From Vicinamibacterales bacterium (GTDB lineage: Bacteria; Acidobacteriota; Vicinamibacteria; Vicinamibacterales; JAMQPK01): 64,000 nucleotides of DNA. The translations under genes were made by a program, and so were the position numbers. Location of the stretch: NCBI GenBank assembly GCA_963802345.1, contig CAWDIK010000014.1, positions 52,902 to 116,901 on the forward strand. The letters are read 5' to 3'. Numbering within the stretch: the stretch's first letter is position 1; every line of letters starts with the position of its first letter. Below the pieces are notes generated by a model that saw only the letters and a list, made by a program, of their open reading frames with translations, did not search any database and was not told where the DNA came from. Of this stretch, positions 1-10,213 are shown one piece after another.

Positions 1-1
1 G

Positions 2-451
2 CATCCGTCCGAAGTGCTGAAGAAGGGCGACAAGGTCGAGGCGATGGTCCTCAACATCGACGCCGAAAATCAGCGCCTCTCACTGGGGCTGAAGCAGCTT
101 GCCACCGATATCTGGGATGACTTCTTCTCGCGGCACCAGGTCGGACAGACCATCGAGGGCAAGGTCGTGCGGGTCACCAACTTCGGCGCCTTCGTGGAGC
201 TGGACGAGGGCATCGAAGGGCTCATCCACGTGTCCGAACTGGACGATACAAAGGGCACGGAGAAGATCGAGCTGACCGTCGACCAGAACTACCCGATGAA
301 GATCATCAAGCTCGTGCCGTCGGAACGGAAGATCGGACTCAGCATTCGCGCGCTGAAATCAGACGAGTTCAGGACCGATTGGGAAGAGTACGCCGAGAAG
401 GCGGGCACCGGCGAGGCGACGCTCGGCGATCATTTCAAGGCAAAGGCGTAG
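2..451 (+). CDS. rpsA: 30S ribosomal protein S1, C-terminal fragment (5' end outside window)
   Basis: ORF 14..451 is open to the window edge. It shows S1/OB-fold repeat text (GQTIEGKVVRVTNFGAFVELDEGIEGLIHVSEL). Confidence 0.85.
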   Translation, partial: HPSEVLKKGDKVEAMVLNIDAENQRLSLGLKQLATDIWDDFFSRHQVGQTIEGKVVRVTNFGAFVELDEGIEGLIHVSELDDTKGTEKIELTVDQNYPMKIIKLVPSERKIGLSIRALKSDEFRTDWEEYAEKAGTGEATLGDHFKAKA

Positions 452-473
452 AGCCGCGAGCGGCGACGGCATG

Positions 474-542
474 GCCGACCTAAAGGTCGGCACTACGAGA
501 GACGTGAGCGACAGACGGCGTAGTGCTGGCCTTTAGGCCAGC
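474..542 (+). terminator. Two stem-loops downstream of rpsA, flanked by CACTACG / CGTAGTG
   Basis: gccgacc-taaa-ggtcggc (474-491) and gctggcc-ttta-ggccagc (525-542). The flanks gcactacg and cgtagtgc are reverse complements of each other. Confidence 0.5.
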
Positions 543-601
543 CCAAGCGAAAAAAATGGACAGATCACGAGCAGGAGATGGCAGCGGCGCTCGGCGGGAG
601 C

Positions 602-952
602 ATGACGAAAGCCGAGCTCGTGGAGGAAGTCTCACGGGTCTCGGACCTCACCAAGAAGCACTCCGAGGTGATCGTCGACACCGTGTTCCGCAGCATCATC
701 ACGGCACTGCATCGCGGCGAAAAGATCGAGCTGCGCGGTTTCGGCAGCTTTCGTCTTCGCCGGCGCGAGCCGCGCAAGGGCCGCAATCCGAAAACCGGCG
801 ACAAGGTGGACGTGCCGCCGAAGAAAGTCCCGTACTTCAAGCCCGGCAAAGAACTGAAAGAGCTGATCAACCAGGAACCTGGCGCACACCCAGGTCTGAG
901 GAGTTCGCGGTTGGTCGGTTTGCCACGCAATCCCCAATCCACCAATCCCTAG
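602..952 (+). CDS. HU/IHF-family DNA-binding protein (IHF-beta-like)
   Basis: MTKAELVEEV...RGFGSFRLRRREPRKGRNPKTGDKVDVPPKKVPYFKPGKELK is the typical IHF/HU fold text. ATG at 602 lies within ORF 578..952. Confidence 0.85.
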   Translation: MTKAELVEEVSRVSDLTKKHSEVIVDTVFRSIITALHRGEKIELRGFGSFRLRRREPRKGRNPKTGDKVDVPPKKVPYFKPGKELKELINQEPGAHPGLRSSRLVGLPRNPQSTNP

Positions 953-954
953 TC

Positions 955-1455
955 ATGGACCGCCTCTGGGCTCCCTGGCGACTTTCTTACGTGACCGCCG
1001 CTCAGGTTCCGGCAACCACCTGCATCTTCTGTGACCCGTCCGCGGGCCGCGATCTCGACCTCGTCGTCTTGCGCGGTGAGCGCTGCTACGTCATCCTCAA
1101 TCTCTACCCATACAACAACGGACATTTGATGGTCGTGCCCAACCGGCACCTTGCGGCGCTCGAAGCGCTGACTCCGGAAGAGCAGACCGAGTTGATGCAT
1201 TTCACGCGGCTGTCGGAGATGGCGCTGAACAACGCCTACAACCCGCAGGGCATCAACGTCGGGATCAATCTCGGCAAAGCGGCGGGCGCCGGCATCGAGA
1301 ACCACCTCCACATTCATCTCGTGCCCCGCTGGTCGGGCGACACGAACTTCATGACGGCGGTGGGCGAGACGCGCGTGCTTCCCGAGGACCTGGCCGCGAC
1401 TGTCGCTCGCCTGCGCCCGATTTTCGAGACGTTGCGCGCCCGTCCGGGCGCCTGA
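955..1455 (+). CDS. HIT-family hydrolase
   Basis: Histidine-triad motif NHLHIHLVPRW. The internal ATG at 955 is in frame with ORF 523..1455. Confidence 0.8.
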   Translation: MDRLWAPWRLSYVTAAQVPATTCIFCDPSAGRDLDLVVLRGERCYVILNLYPYNNGHLMVVPNRHLAALEALTPEEQTELMHFTRLSEMALNNAYNPQGINVGINLGKAAGAGIENHLHIHLVPRWSGDTNFMTAVGETRVLPEDLAATVARLRPIFETLRARPGA

Positions 1456-1456
1456 G

Positions 1457-3415
1457 GTGCGTCACGTGCGTTCGGGGCGACAAGCGCAATGGGTGCGGGC
1501 GTTCGTCCTCGTCGCGGGTACTCTGACGGTCGCACTCGCGCAGGACGCGCCGAAGCGCCGCAACGCGATCATCTTCGTCGCCGACGGCCTTCGCCACGGT
1601 TCGGTCAATCCCATCGATACACCGGCGCTCTACAGAATCCGCACCGAAGGGGTGTACTTCGCCAACAGCCACTCGGTGTTTCCCACGCAGACGATGCCGA
1701 ACGCCGCCGCGATTGCCACCGGACATTACCCGGGCGACACGGGGCAGTTCGCCAACCTGCCTTATATCGGCTATCCGCTGTTTCTGACCGGGAACTTCGG
1801 CCAGCGTGCCGGCACAATGGTCCCCGACGTCGAAGATCCGTTCGTACTGGCGGACCTCAACGACTACTACGGCGGCAACTACTTGCGCGAAGCGTCGCTT
1901 CTCGCGTTTGCGCGCTCCTACGGATACAACACGGCCGCTCTCGGAAAGACCGGACCTGCCGCAGCGCAGGATGTGACGGAAGTGACCCCGATTCGAGGAG
2001 CGATGCGGGAGCCGGTCACGATCATTCTCGACGGGGCGACCGGCACGCCGCGCACGGTGCCGCTGGCGCCGCAGACGGTCGCACTGCTGAAAGCGGCCGG
2101 CCTGCCACCGGCGCCGCCGCCGCGAAGTCAGTCGGCAGGCACGAACACCGTGCCCGGAACGCTCGCCGCGAACGTCGAGCACCAGCAATGGCTCGCCGAC
2201 GCCGCCACCAGGGCTATTTTGCCGGCGTTCGCGAAGAGCGCCGAGCCATTCGTGCTCGTGTACTGGTCGGGCGACCCTGATTTAACCCAGCACGCGCAGG
2301 GCGATAGCCTGAATCGCCTGACGCCGGGCATCAACGGGCCGACGTCGAAGGCGGCCATCCAGAACGCCGATCGGAATCTGAAGCAGATCCTCGATTACCT
2401 CGACGCGAATCCAGACGTCCGCGACAACACGAACGTGTTCGTCACGTCCGATCACGGGTTTTCTACCGTCAGCCGCCGCGATGTCGACGCATCCGGACGG
2501 GCGACGCGCAGCTATTCGGCGAGCCTTCGGTACAAAGACGCCGACGAGCGGCTGGAAGTGAATGAGGGATTTCTTCCGCCCGGCTTTCTCGCAATCGATC
2601 TCGCGCACGCGCTCGAGCTGCCGCTCTACGACCCCGCCGAGCAGACTCCCGACGAACACGGCGCGATGCGCTACGCAAGAGTCGACCCCGCCATCGCGCA
2701 GCCGACGGCGACCGTTCGGCAACGCCCCAGCGGCGCGACTGCGTTGATTGGCGGCACGGGCCGGATTGGCATGCCCGTCGACGCGAAGGTCGTGGTCGCA
2801 CAGGCGTCGATCCATGTGCCTGGCGGCGATCGCACGATGGTGCAGCGCATCGTGCGATTCCTCGCCGCGCAGGACTATGTCGGCGGCCTGTTCGTGAACG
2901 ATCGCCTCGGCCAGCCGCCGGGCACTCTGCGCATGAGCGATGTCGGGCTCATGGGAGGCGCCACCATGCCTAAGCCGGCGGTGGTCGTCAATTTCAAGAG
3001 TTTCCCGCTCGATCCGAACAACCCTCACATGACCGGCATCGTGGTCGGAGGCACGCGCCAGCACGGGCAGGGGGACCACGGAACGCTCTCGCGTGCCAAC
3101 ACGTTCAACAACATGGCGGCCATCGGCCCGGACTTCAAGAAACGATTTGTGAGCCAGACGCCGGTCAGCAACGCCGACGTGCAACCGACGCTTGCGCACG
3201 TCATGAAGATGAAGATTCCCAGCCTCGGCGCGCTTCGAGGCCGCGTCATCACCGAAGCGCTTGTCGGAGGACCCGCGGCCGCGCGGGTCGTGCGCGAAGT
3301 GGCGCGATCGCGTCCGGCGTCGAATGGGTATTCGACCGTGCTGATGTACCAAGTCGCCGAGCGCCGGCTGTATCTCGATGAAGCGTGCTTCACGACAAGC
3401 CGCACCTGCGAGTGA
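1457..3415 (+). CDS. Secreted alkaline-phosphatase-superfamily enzyme (type I phosphodiesterase / nucleotide pyrophosphatase-like)
   Basis: Signal-peptide-like N-terminus, then FVADGLRHG and FPTQTMPNAAAIATGHYPGDTG (nucleophile Thr motif). 652 aa, GTG start. Confidence 0.7.
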   Translation: MRHVRSGRQAQWVRAFVLVAGTLTVALAQDAPKRRNAIIFVADGLRHGSVNPIDTPALYRIRTEGVYFANSHSVFPTQTMPNAAAIATGHYPGDTGQFANLPYIGYPLFLTGNFGQRAGTMVPDVEDPFVLADLNDYYGGNYLREASLLAFARSYGYNTAALGKTGPAAAQDVTEVTPIRGAMREPVTIILDGATGTPRTVPLAPQTVALLKAAGLPPAPPPRSQSAGTNTVPGTLAANVEHQQWLADAATRAILPAFAKSAEPFVLVYWSGDPDLTQHAQGDSLNRLTPGINGPTSKAAIQNADRNLKQILDYLDANPDVRDNTNVFVTSDHGFSTVSRRDVDASGRATRSYSASLRYKDADERLEVNEGFLPPGFLAIDLAHALELPLYDPAEQTPDEHGAMRYARVDPAIAQPTATVRQRPSGATALIGGTGRIGMPVDAKVVVAQASIHVPGGDRTMVQRIVRFLAAQDYVGGLFVNDRLGQPPGTLRMSDVGLMGGATMPKPAVVVNFKSFPLDPNNPHMTGIVVGGTRQHGQGDHGTLSRANTFNNMAAIGPDFKKRFVSQTPVSNADVQPTLAHVMKMKIPSLGALRGRVITEALVGGPAAARVVREVARSRPASNGYSTVLMYQVAERRLYLDEACFTTSRTCE

Positions 3416-3433
3416 CGCTCGATGCAGGCATGG

Positions 3434-3518
3434 TGTCTCACCGCAACGACGCTACGATGCGGCGTGAGCTCTTTCTGAAGATAGTATCGTTGCGTCTTTG
3501 CGCCGTAGCGGTGAGACA
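3434..3518. other. 85-nt nested inverted repeat between convergent genes (possible bidirectional terminator)
   Basis: tgtctcaccgc (3434-3444) pairs perfectly with gcggtgagaca (3508-3518). Inner arms gacgctacgat / atcgttgcgtc have 1 mismatch. Confidence 0.4.
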
Positions 3519-3524
3519 GTCGCG

Positions 3525-4688
3525 TTATGAACTGAGTATCTGTTTCGCGATCGTCTGCAGCTGCAGGTTGGACGTGCCTTCGTAGATCTGGCCGATCTTG
3601 GCGTCGCGGTAGAGCTTCTCTACCGGGTAGTCCTTCACGTACCCGTAACCGCCGAACAACTGGACAGCCAGTGATGTGACGTGTTCCGCCGCGTTGGCGG
3701 AGAACAGCTTGCACATCGCTGCGGCGCTGAGGAACGGCTCGCCGGCGTCGCGCAGGCGGGCGGCGTTGTACACGAGCAGGCGTGCCGCGGCCAGCTCTGT
3801 CGCCGCGTGCGCGATCTGGAACTGCACGCCCTGGAAGTCGGCGAGCGCCTTGCCGAATTGTTTCCGCTCTTTGGTGTAGGCGACGGCGTGATCGAGCGCG
3901 CCTTGCGCGAGGCCGATCATCTGGGCGCCGATACCGATCCGCCCCTCGTTGAGCGTTTCGATGGCGACCTTGTAGCCGCGGCCGACGTCGCCGAGCACGT
4001 TGGCGCGCGGCACCCGGCAATCCTCCAGCAGCAGCTCGCACGTGCTGCTCGCGCGAATGCCGAGCTTGTCCTCTTTCTTGCCGACGGCGAACCCGGCGAA
4101 GCCGCGCTCGATGAGGAAGGCGGTGATCCCCCGATAACCGGCTTCCGGGTTGACGTTGGCAAAGACGACGAAGAGGTCGGCTTCGTTCGCGTTGGTGATC
4201 CAGAGCTTCCGGCCGGTCAGGACGAAATCGTCACCCGATTCCACGGCGCGCGTCGTCAACGCGAAGGCGTCGCTGCCCGACCCGGCTTCCGAGAGCGCGT
4301 ACGCGCCGACGGTGTTCGCCGCCAGGCGCGGCAGGTATCGATCCTGCTGGTCGTTCGAGCCCCAGCGCAGCAGCGCGTTGATGACCAGGGTGTTCTGCAC
4401 ATCGACGAGAACTCCCACGGAAGGGTCGACAGAGGATAGAGCCTCGACCGCGAGCACGGAATGAAAGAACGTCCCGCCGGCGCCGCCATGGGCATCGGGG
4501 ATTTCGATGCCCATCACGCCCAGCTCGAACAGCCGATCGATGAGGGGGCGCGGCATTTTGGCCAGATCGTCCATTTCCCGGACGAGCGGCTTGATTTCCC
4601 GCGCGGCGAACTCGAGGACGCTCTCCCGGAACAGGGATTCGTCTTCCGACAGGCGGGTAAGTGGAGGTGGACTTCCAGCTTTTTCCAC
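3525..4688 (-). CDS. Acyl-CoA dehydrogenase (short/branched-chain type)
   Basis: 387-aa intact ORF with ACAD text throughout (YALSEAGSGSDA..., QLFGGYGYVKDYPVEKLYRDAKIGQIYEGTSNLQ). Confidence 0.9.
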   Translation of the reverse strand: MEKAGSPPPLTRLSEDESLFRESVLEFAAREIKPLVREMDDLAKMPRPLIDRLFELGVMGIEIPDAHGGAGGTFFHSVLAVEALSSVDPSVGVLVDVQNTLVINALLRWGSNDQQDRYLPRLAANTVGAYALSEAGSGSDAFALTTRAVESGDDFVLTGRKLWITNANEADLFVVFANVNPEAGYRGITAFLIERGFAGFAVGKKEDKLGIRASSTCELLLEDCRVPRANVLGDVGRGYKVAIETLNEGRIGIGAQMIGLAQGALDHAVAYTKERKQFGKALADFQGVQFQIAHAATELAAARLLVYNAARLRDAGEPFLSAAAMCKLFSANAAEHVTSLAVQLFGGYGYVKDYPVEKLYRDAKIGQIYEGTSNLQLQTIAKQILSS

Positions 4689-4716
4689 GGCGCGGGAATG
4701 TTATCATTCGGGAGTC

Positions 4717-6804
4717 ATGTCAAAGGGGCGCGTTCGCCTCGCCTACAGCCTGCTTGCGGCCGTGCTCGCCGCCCCGCTGGCGCTCGGGGTGAAGGCGCAG
4801 GACGCGCAAGCCCCGCCGCCTGCGCCCGCGCAGCAACCGGCACCCGCACCTGCAGCGCCCGCCGATCAACAGATCCCGGTCTTCCGCTCTGACATCAACT
4901 TCGTCCGCGTGGACGTCATCGTGACCGACCGGCAAGGCAACCCCGTCCACGATCTGAAGCAGGAAGACTTCGAAGTCACGGAAGACGGGAAACCGCAGGC
5001 GATCCAGACGTTCAAGCTCATCAACGTGTCCGAGGACACCGGCGTCGGCACCGATCCGCCGCGCGAAGTACGGAACCCGATCGACGAGCAGACGGAAGCG
5101 GCGCGCGACGACGTGCGGCTGTTTGCGATTTTTCTGGACGACTACCACGTGCGGCTCGAGAACAGCATGCGCGCGCGGGAGATCCTCGCGCGGTTTGCCG
5201 AGAACTCGTTCAACCCGAAGGATATCGTGAGCATCATGTATCCGTTGTGGTCGATCAACGACGTGCTGCTCACACGGAACCGCAAGGCGCTCGCCACCGC
5301 CCTCCGCGAGTTCACCGGGCGGAAGTACGACTACACGCCGCGGAATGCTTTCGAAGAGCGCTACGTCCACTACGTGTCGACGATCGAGGCCGAGCGCATC
5401 CGGAATCAGGTGACGCTGACGGCGATCAAGGGCCTGATTATCAAATTGGGCGGGCTGGGCGAAAGGCGCAAGGCGATAGTGCTCGTCAGCGAGGGCTTCA
5501 CGAATGTGTTGCCCGTGCAGGTGAACGATCAGATTGCGACCTGCAACGGCGGCGCGTGCGGCAACCAGCCGCGGCCGCGGACCGATCCGATTGGCGGCGC
5601 GAATTCACCGGCGCAGCAGCGGCTGGAATCGCAGGAGTTTTTCCTGCAGTCGGAGATGATGTCGGACATCAAGATGGTGACCGACCTCGCGAACCGCTAC
5701 AACTGCGCGATTTACAGCCTGGACCCGCGCGGTCTCGCGCCGTTCGAGTTCGACCTCAGCACCGCCGGGCAGGCAGCCGTCAGCCTGACCAGGGACCAGC
5801 AGATGCTCAACACGACGATCGACACGCTCCGGGTTCTCTCGGACGAAACCGACGGGCGCGCCATCGTCAACAGCAACGATCTCGATCGCGGGCTCAAGCA
5901 GATCATCCGCGACACGAGCGCCTATTACCTGCTCGGCTACACGTCGGCGGTGACCACGGACGGCAAGTTCCATAAGCTCAACGTGCGCGTCAAACGGCCC
6001 GGCCTGCAGGTGCGCTCGCGCCCCGGTTATATGGCGATGAGCGCGACCGAAGTGGAGCGTGCCCTCGCGCCGAAGAAAGCGGGACCGCCTCCAGCCATCA
6101 CCGAAGCGCTGGGGACGCTGGCCGTCAGCGCGCAGCAGCGGCGCAATCCGATCCGCACCTGGCTTGGCATGTCGCCGGGCAGTGACGGGAAGACAAAGAT
6201 CACCTTCGTATGGAATCCAATGCCGGCGGTTCCAGGCACGCGACGCGAAGTGGCCGCCACTGTTTCGCTGCTCGCGGGCGGCCCGAACTCGGATCTCTAC
6301 CATCGCGAAAAAGCCATCAGGCCCGGACGGGTCGAGTTCGAAGTGCCGCCGGGACCTATGGAGCTCGAGATCGGCGCGCAGGACGCGGCGGGCGAGGTCC
6401 TCGATCGCGAAATACGCAAGCTCGTCGTGCCGAGCATGGGCCTGGGATTGACGGTGAGCACGCCCGAGGTCTTTCGCGGGCGCACGTTGCCGGAGTGGCA
6501 GACGCTCTCTACCGATCCCCGGGCGCTCCCGGTCATCGAGCGCGAGTTCCGCCGCACCGATCGGCTTCTCGTTCGTGTCGGGGCGCAAAGCGCCGGCGGC
6601 ACACCCGTGCTCTCGGCGCGGATGCTCAACCGCGAGGGTGGAGAGATGTCGGTCCTGACAGTCGCTCCCGCCGGGTTCGGCGGCCTGAGTCAGATCGACG
6701 TTCCGCTTTCGTCCCTTCCACCAGGCGAGTTCCTGATCGAGGTGATCGCCAAAGAGGGCGCAGAGCAGACTTCGGCGCTGATCGCGTTCCGAGTGACCCC
6801 GTGA
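4717..6804 (+). CDS. Secreted VWA-domain protein (VWFA-related, Acidobacteria-type)
   Basis: ATG at 4717 starts a signal peptide (MSKGRVRLAYSLLAAVLAAPLALG). FRSDINFVRVDVIVTD... is typical of this family. Upstream part of ORF 4507.. overlaps the ACAD gene on the other strand. Confidence 0.7.
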   Translation: MSKGRVRLAYSLLAAVLAAPLALGVKAQDAQAPPPAPAQQPAPAPAAPADQQIPVFRSDINFVRVDVIVTDRQGNPVHDLKQEDFEVTEDGKPQAIQTFKLINVSEDTGVGTDPPREVRNPIDEQTEAARDDVRLFAIFLDDYHVRLENSMRAREILARFAENSFNPKDIVSIMYPLWSINDVLLTRNRKALATALREFTGRKYDYTPRNAFEERYVHYVSTIEAERIRNQVTLTAIKGLIIKLGGLGERRKAIVLVSEGFTNVLPVQVNDQIATCNGGACGNQPRPRTDPIGGANSPAQQRLESQEFFLQSEMMSDIKMVTDLANRYNCAIYSLDPRGLAPFEFDLSTAGQAAVSLTRDQQMLNTTIDTLRVLSDETDGRAIVNSNDLDRGLKQIIRDTSAYYLLGYTSAVTTDGKFHKLNVRVKRPGLQVRSRPGYMAMSATEVERALAPKKAGPPPAITEALGTLAVSAQQRRNPIRTWLGMSPGSDGKTKITFVWNPMPAVPGTRREVAATVSLLAGGPNSDLYHREKAIRPGRVEFEVPPGPMELEIGAQDAAGEVLDREIRKLVVPSMGLGLTVSTPEVFRGRTLPEWQTLSTDPRALPVIEREFRRTDRLLVRVGAQSAGGTPVLSARMLNREGGEMSVLTVAPAGFGGLSQIDVPLSSLPPGEFLIEVIAKEGAEQTSALIAFRVTP

Positions 6805-7688
6805 TGACCCGGTTCGCGTGGACGCGTCGCGTCCGCGCAACGGTTCGGCGCAACAAACCTTCAATTCGCTGGAAAGCTGTCCTGATCGCCGGACTCACGC
6901 TGGTCTGCGTGGCCGCGGCGGACGCGCAGTGGCGCGGGCGTTATCGCGAAGGGTCGTTTGCTGCGCGGTACGCTCCCGCCCGCATGCCGGACGGAGACTT
7001 CACCGTCTGCCGGCTCGAGTACACCAGGGTGGTCATCGAGGACATGGGCGTCGGATGGCAGACCGACTACCCGTTTTCCGAGCGGAACCTCATGACCCGG
7101 CTCTCCGAGCTGACCAAGACGCCGATCAGCCGCGACTCGCGCAAGGAGCCGAACACCTGGGTCGTGCGCGCCACCGATCCCCAGCTGTTCAACTGCCCCT
7201 ACGTTGTTGCTTCGGACGCCGGCACGATCGGCTTGGCCCCGGAAGAAGTCCTCGGTCTGCGGGATTACCTGTTGAAGGGTGGGTTCCTGTGGGTCGACGA
7301 CTTCTGGGGAACGGCCGCGTGGGAGCAGTGGTCTGGCGAAATCAGCCGTGTGCTGCCCTCGTCGGAGTATCCGATTAAAGACGTGCCGTTGACCGATCCG
7401 CTTCTTCGGACGCTGTATCCCGTCACGCAGATTCCGCAGATCACGAACATCCAGTTCTGGCGCAGCTTCCAGGGACGGGTCACGTCGGAGCGCGGCCGCG
7501 ACAGCGAGGAAGCGCACCTCCGCGCCATTCGCGATCGGCACGGCCGCATCATGGTGCTGATGACCCACAACACCGACGTTGCCGACTCATGGGAGCGCGA
7601 AGGCGAGGATCCGGGTTTCTTCTATCAGTTCTCACCGAACGGCTACGCACTCGGTGTCGATGTGCTGCTCCACGCGATGACGCACTGA
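6804..7688 (+). CDS. DUF4159-like protein, translationally coupled to the VWA gene
   Basis: ATG at 6804 overlaps the upstream TGA (gtGATGa). N-terminal TM/signal, then LKGGFLWVDDFWG text. Confidence 0.6.
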   Translation: MTRFAWTRRVRATVRRNKPSIRWKAVLIAGLTLVCVAAADAQWRGRYREGSFAARYAPARMPDGDFTVCRLEYTRVVIEDMGVGWQTDYPFSERNLMTRLSELTKTPISRDSRKEPNTWVVRATDPQLFNCPYVVASDAGTIGLAPEEVLGLRDYLLKGGFLWVDDFWGTAAWEQWSGEISRVLPSSEYPIKDVPLTDPLLRTLYPVTQIPQITNIQFWRSFQGRVTSERGRDSEEAHLRAIRDRHGRIMVLMTHNTDVADSWEREGEDPGFFYQFSPNGYALGVDVLLHAMTH

Positions 7689-7694
7689 TCTGAA

Positions 7695-7737
7695 CCTGGA
7701 AGCTGGAAACTGGTAGAAAGTAGAAAGCTGGAAAGTG
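7695..7737. repeat. Degenerate heptanucleotide tandem repeat
   Basis: cctggaag ctggaaa ctggtag aaagtag aaagctg gaaagtg, period 7, starting just after the stop codon at 7686. Confidence 0.8.
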
Positions 7738-7953
7738 AATCTAAACAGCAGCTCGATCGTGTACACTAAACTTACCGCTCCATTCCGTCAGAGAGCGTGT
7801 GAAAAGGCCGCTAAGCCATTGCCTGAAGAGTCTCGCCGTAGCCGCGAAGCGCGACGACGGCGGACGGAAGGGCGCGAACTGATTAGGCCGCGGCCGGGAG
7901 GTGCTCAAACGCATGGCTAAATCTACGGTGATTCGCAAGTAGCACGTCTTCAG

Positions 7954-7993
7954 CAGCCCGTCGCACTTCGTGCGGCGGGCTGTTGTCGTTGTG
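7954..7993 (+). promoter_or_regulatory. Strong stem-loop plus T-rich tail directly upstream of the mutase start (attenuator/terminator-like)
   Basis: cagcccgtcgca-cttcg-tgcggcgggctg forms a 12-bp stem with one G-U pair, followed by ttgtcgttgtg. The ATG is at 7999. Confidence 0.35.
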
Positions 7994-7998
7994 AGAAC

Positions 7999-9636
7999 AT
8001 GAAAGCGCCATCCCAACCTGTGGGGCTCGACGTCAACCGGGCACCGCAGCCGCGGACACTCTTCCAGACAATTTCCGGCCGGCCAATCGAGCGCCTCTAC
8101 ACGCCCGAAAGCATTCCTCAGTTCGACTACGCGCGCGATCTTGGCGATCCAGGCGCGTATCCATACACGCGGGGCATTCACCCGTCCGGCTACCGCGGCA
8201 AGCTGTGGACGATGAGGCAATTTGCGGGGTTCGGGACGCCGGAGGACACGAACCGGCGCTACCGCGAGCTGCTCGCCGCAGGGGCGACGGGATTGAGTGT
8301 CGCATTCGATCTCCCCACGCTGATGGGCCGCGATCCCCACCATCCGTTGTCGCTTGGCGAAGTGGGGAAGTGCGGGGTGAACGTGACATCGCTCGCCGAC
8401 ATGGACGCGCTGTTCGACGGCATCGCGCTCGGCGACATCTCGACGTCGATGACGATCAACGCGCCGGCGCCCATGTTGTTCGCGATGTATCTCGTCCTCG
8501 CCGAGCGGCGGTCGGTCGACTGGAAGACGATTTCGGGGACGCTGCAGAACGACATCCTGAAGGAATTCATCGCGCAGAAGGAGTACATCTATCCGCCGCG
8601 CCCCTCGATGCGGCTCGTCACGGATATCTTTGCGTTCTGCGCGGCTCACGTGCCGCGGTGGAACACGATTTCCGTGAGCGGCTACCACATCCGAGAGGCT
8701 GGAGCGACGGCATCGCAGGAGCTGGCGTTCACGCTTCGCGACGGGATCGAATACGTGCAGGCGGGCGTCGACGCGGGACTCGACGTGGATGTCTTCGTGC
8801 CGCGGATGTCGTTCTTTTTCAACGCGCACAGCGACTTTTTCGAAGAGATCGCCAAGTATCGCGCCGCGCGGCGCATCTGGGCGCGGGTGATGCGCGAGCG
8901 GTTCGGCGCCAGGGACGAGCGATCGCTCAAGCTGCGCTTTCATGCGCAGACCGCCGGCGTGTCGCTGACGGCGCAGCAGCCCACGAACAACGTCATGCGC
9001 ACCGCGCTGCAGGCGCTCGCGGCGGTGCTCGGCGGGACCAACTCGCTGCATACCAACTCCCTGGACGAGGCGCTCGCACTGCCGACCGCGGAGGCTGCCA
9101 CGCTGGCGCTCCGGACGCAGCAGATTCTCGCGCACGAGACAGGCATCGCGCGCAGCGTCGATCCATTCGGGGGTTCGTACTTCGTCGAGCGCCTGACGAA
9201 CGATCTCGAGGAAGAGGCCGAGGCGTATTTCCGCGCCATCGACGCCATGGGCGGCATGGTTGCCGCGATAGAGCGAGGCTATCCGCAGCGCGAGATCGCG
9301 GAAAGCGCGTATCGTTTCCAACAGGACGTCGAACGGAAACGGCAGGTGATTGTCGGCGTCAACGAGTTCGGCTCGGATCGCGAGCACGCCGTGCCGATTC
9401 TGCGCATCGACGAAGACGCCGCACAGCACCAGCTCGCCAAGGTCGACCGCCTTCGCCGCACGCGCAACCAGGTGCTGCTGACCCGCGCGCTCGACAGGCT
9501 GCGCAAAGCCGCGGCCGGCTCAGACAACACGATGCCGGCGTTGCTGGATGCCGTGCGCGCGTATGCGACTGTCGGCGAGATGTGCGATGCGCTGCGGGAC
9601 GTGTGGGGCGAGTATCAGGAGCAGGCCATAATCTGA
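7999..9636 (+). CDS. Methylmalonyl-CoA mutase family, large (catalytic) subunit
   Basis: 545-aa intact ORF with [43 protein letters not shown] and TINAPA. Confidence 0.9.
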   Translation: MKAPSQPVGLDVNRAPQPRTLFQTISGRPIERLYTPESIPQFDYARDLGDPGAYPYTRGIHPSGYRGKLWTMRQFAGFGTPEDTNRRYRELLAAGATGLSVAFDLPTLMGRDPHHPLSLGEVGKCGVNVTSLADMDALFDGIALGDISTSMTINAPAPMLFAMYLVLAERRSVDWKTISGTLQNDILKEFIAQKEYIYPPRPSMRLVTDIFAFCAAHVPRWNTISVSGYHIREAGATASQELAFTLRDGIEYVQAGVDAGLDVDVFVPRMSFFFNAHSDFFEEIAKYRAARRIWARVMRERFGARDERSLKLRFHAQTAGVSLTAQQPTNNVMRTALQALAAVLGGTNSLHTNSLDEALALPTAEAATLALRTQQILAHETGIARSVDPFGGSYFVERLTNDLEEEAEAYFRAIDAMGGMVAAIERGYPQREIAESAYRFQQDVERKRQVIVGVNEFGSDREHAVPILRIDEDAAQHQLAKVDRLRRTRNQVLLTRALDRLRKAAAGSDNTMPALLDAVRAYATVGEMCDALRDVWGEYQEQAII

Positions 9637-9637
9637 A

Positions 9638-9672
9638 ACTGGAATACTGGAATCTGGAATCTCAGAACTAGA
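9638..9672. repeat. Degenerate heptanucleotide tandem repeat filling the whole intergenic spacer
   Basis: aactgg aatactg gaatctg gaatctc agaacta gaat lies between the stop at 9634-9636 and the ATG at 9673. Confidence 0.8.
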
Positions 9673-10119
9673 ATGAAAAAGATCCGAGTTGTCATCGCCA
9701 AACCTGGGCTCGATGGGCACGACCGTGGCGCCAAGGTGATTGCGCGGGCGCTGCGGGACGCGGGCATGGAGGTGATCTACACGGGCCTCCGCCAGACGCC
9801 CGAGCAGATTGTCGCGGCGGCCCTGCAGGAGGACGCCGATGTCATCGGGCTGTCGATCCTGTCCGGCGCGCACAACTCGATTTGCCCCAGGTTGATGGAT
9901 TTGCTGCGGGAAAAAGGGCTGACGGACGTGCTCGTCGTGTTGGGGGGCATCATTCCCGACGCCGATCTGCCCGCCCTGAAAGCCATGGGTGTCGCCGCGG
10001 TATTCCGCCCCGGTACGTCCATGCAGGATATCGTCGATTTCCTTACCTCCCGCCTTGGCGGCGACCGGCCCGGCCCGGGCGAGGCCGACGCTAAGGCTGT
10101 CAGCCCAACGGGCCGATAA
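9673..10119 (+). CDS. Cobalamin (B12)-binding subunit of methylmalonyl-CoA mutase
   Basis: [27 protein letters not shown] (DxHxxG B12-binding motif). Confidence 0.9.
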   Translation: MKKIRVVIAKPGLDGHDRGAKVIARALRDAGMEVIYTGLRQTPEQIVAAALQEDADVIGLSILSGAHNSICPRLMDLLREKGLTDVLVVLGGIIPDADLPALKAMGVAAVFRPGTSMQDIVDFLTSRLGGDRPGPGEADAKAVSPTGR

Positions 10120-10213
10120 AACCCACGACTGGTTGATTGCGGATGGCGACAGCGACCAGCGTCGACCCATCGCAACCCACGTCGCCACTGGAGTTGCAGT
10201 ACCATTGTGCGCA

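Noticed and set aside
7738-7998. A cobalamin riboswitch upstream of the B12-dependent mutase.
   Set aside because: I could not find the B12-box or GCCACUG-type core by eye. B12 riboswitches also usually control B12-independent or transport genes. I report the leader only as an unassigned structured region.
7741-9429. A 562-aa ORF antisense to the mutase gene, and similar long antisense ORFs (32894-34699 opposite dnaK, 25886-27100 opposite the GGDEF-EAL gene, 31026-32348 opposite mrcA, and the 51761-53299 / 51876-53147 alternative frames over pfp).
   Set aside because: These are typical shadow ORFs of a high-GC genome. They have Arg/Ala/Gly-rich compositions and no recognisable domains, and the opposite strand or frame carries an unmistakable conserved protein.
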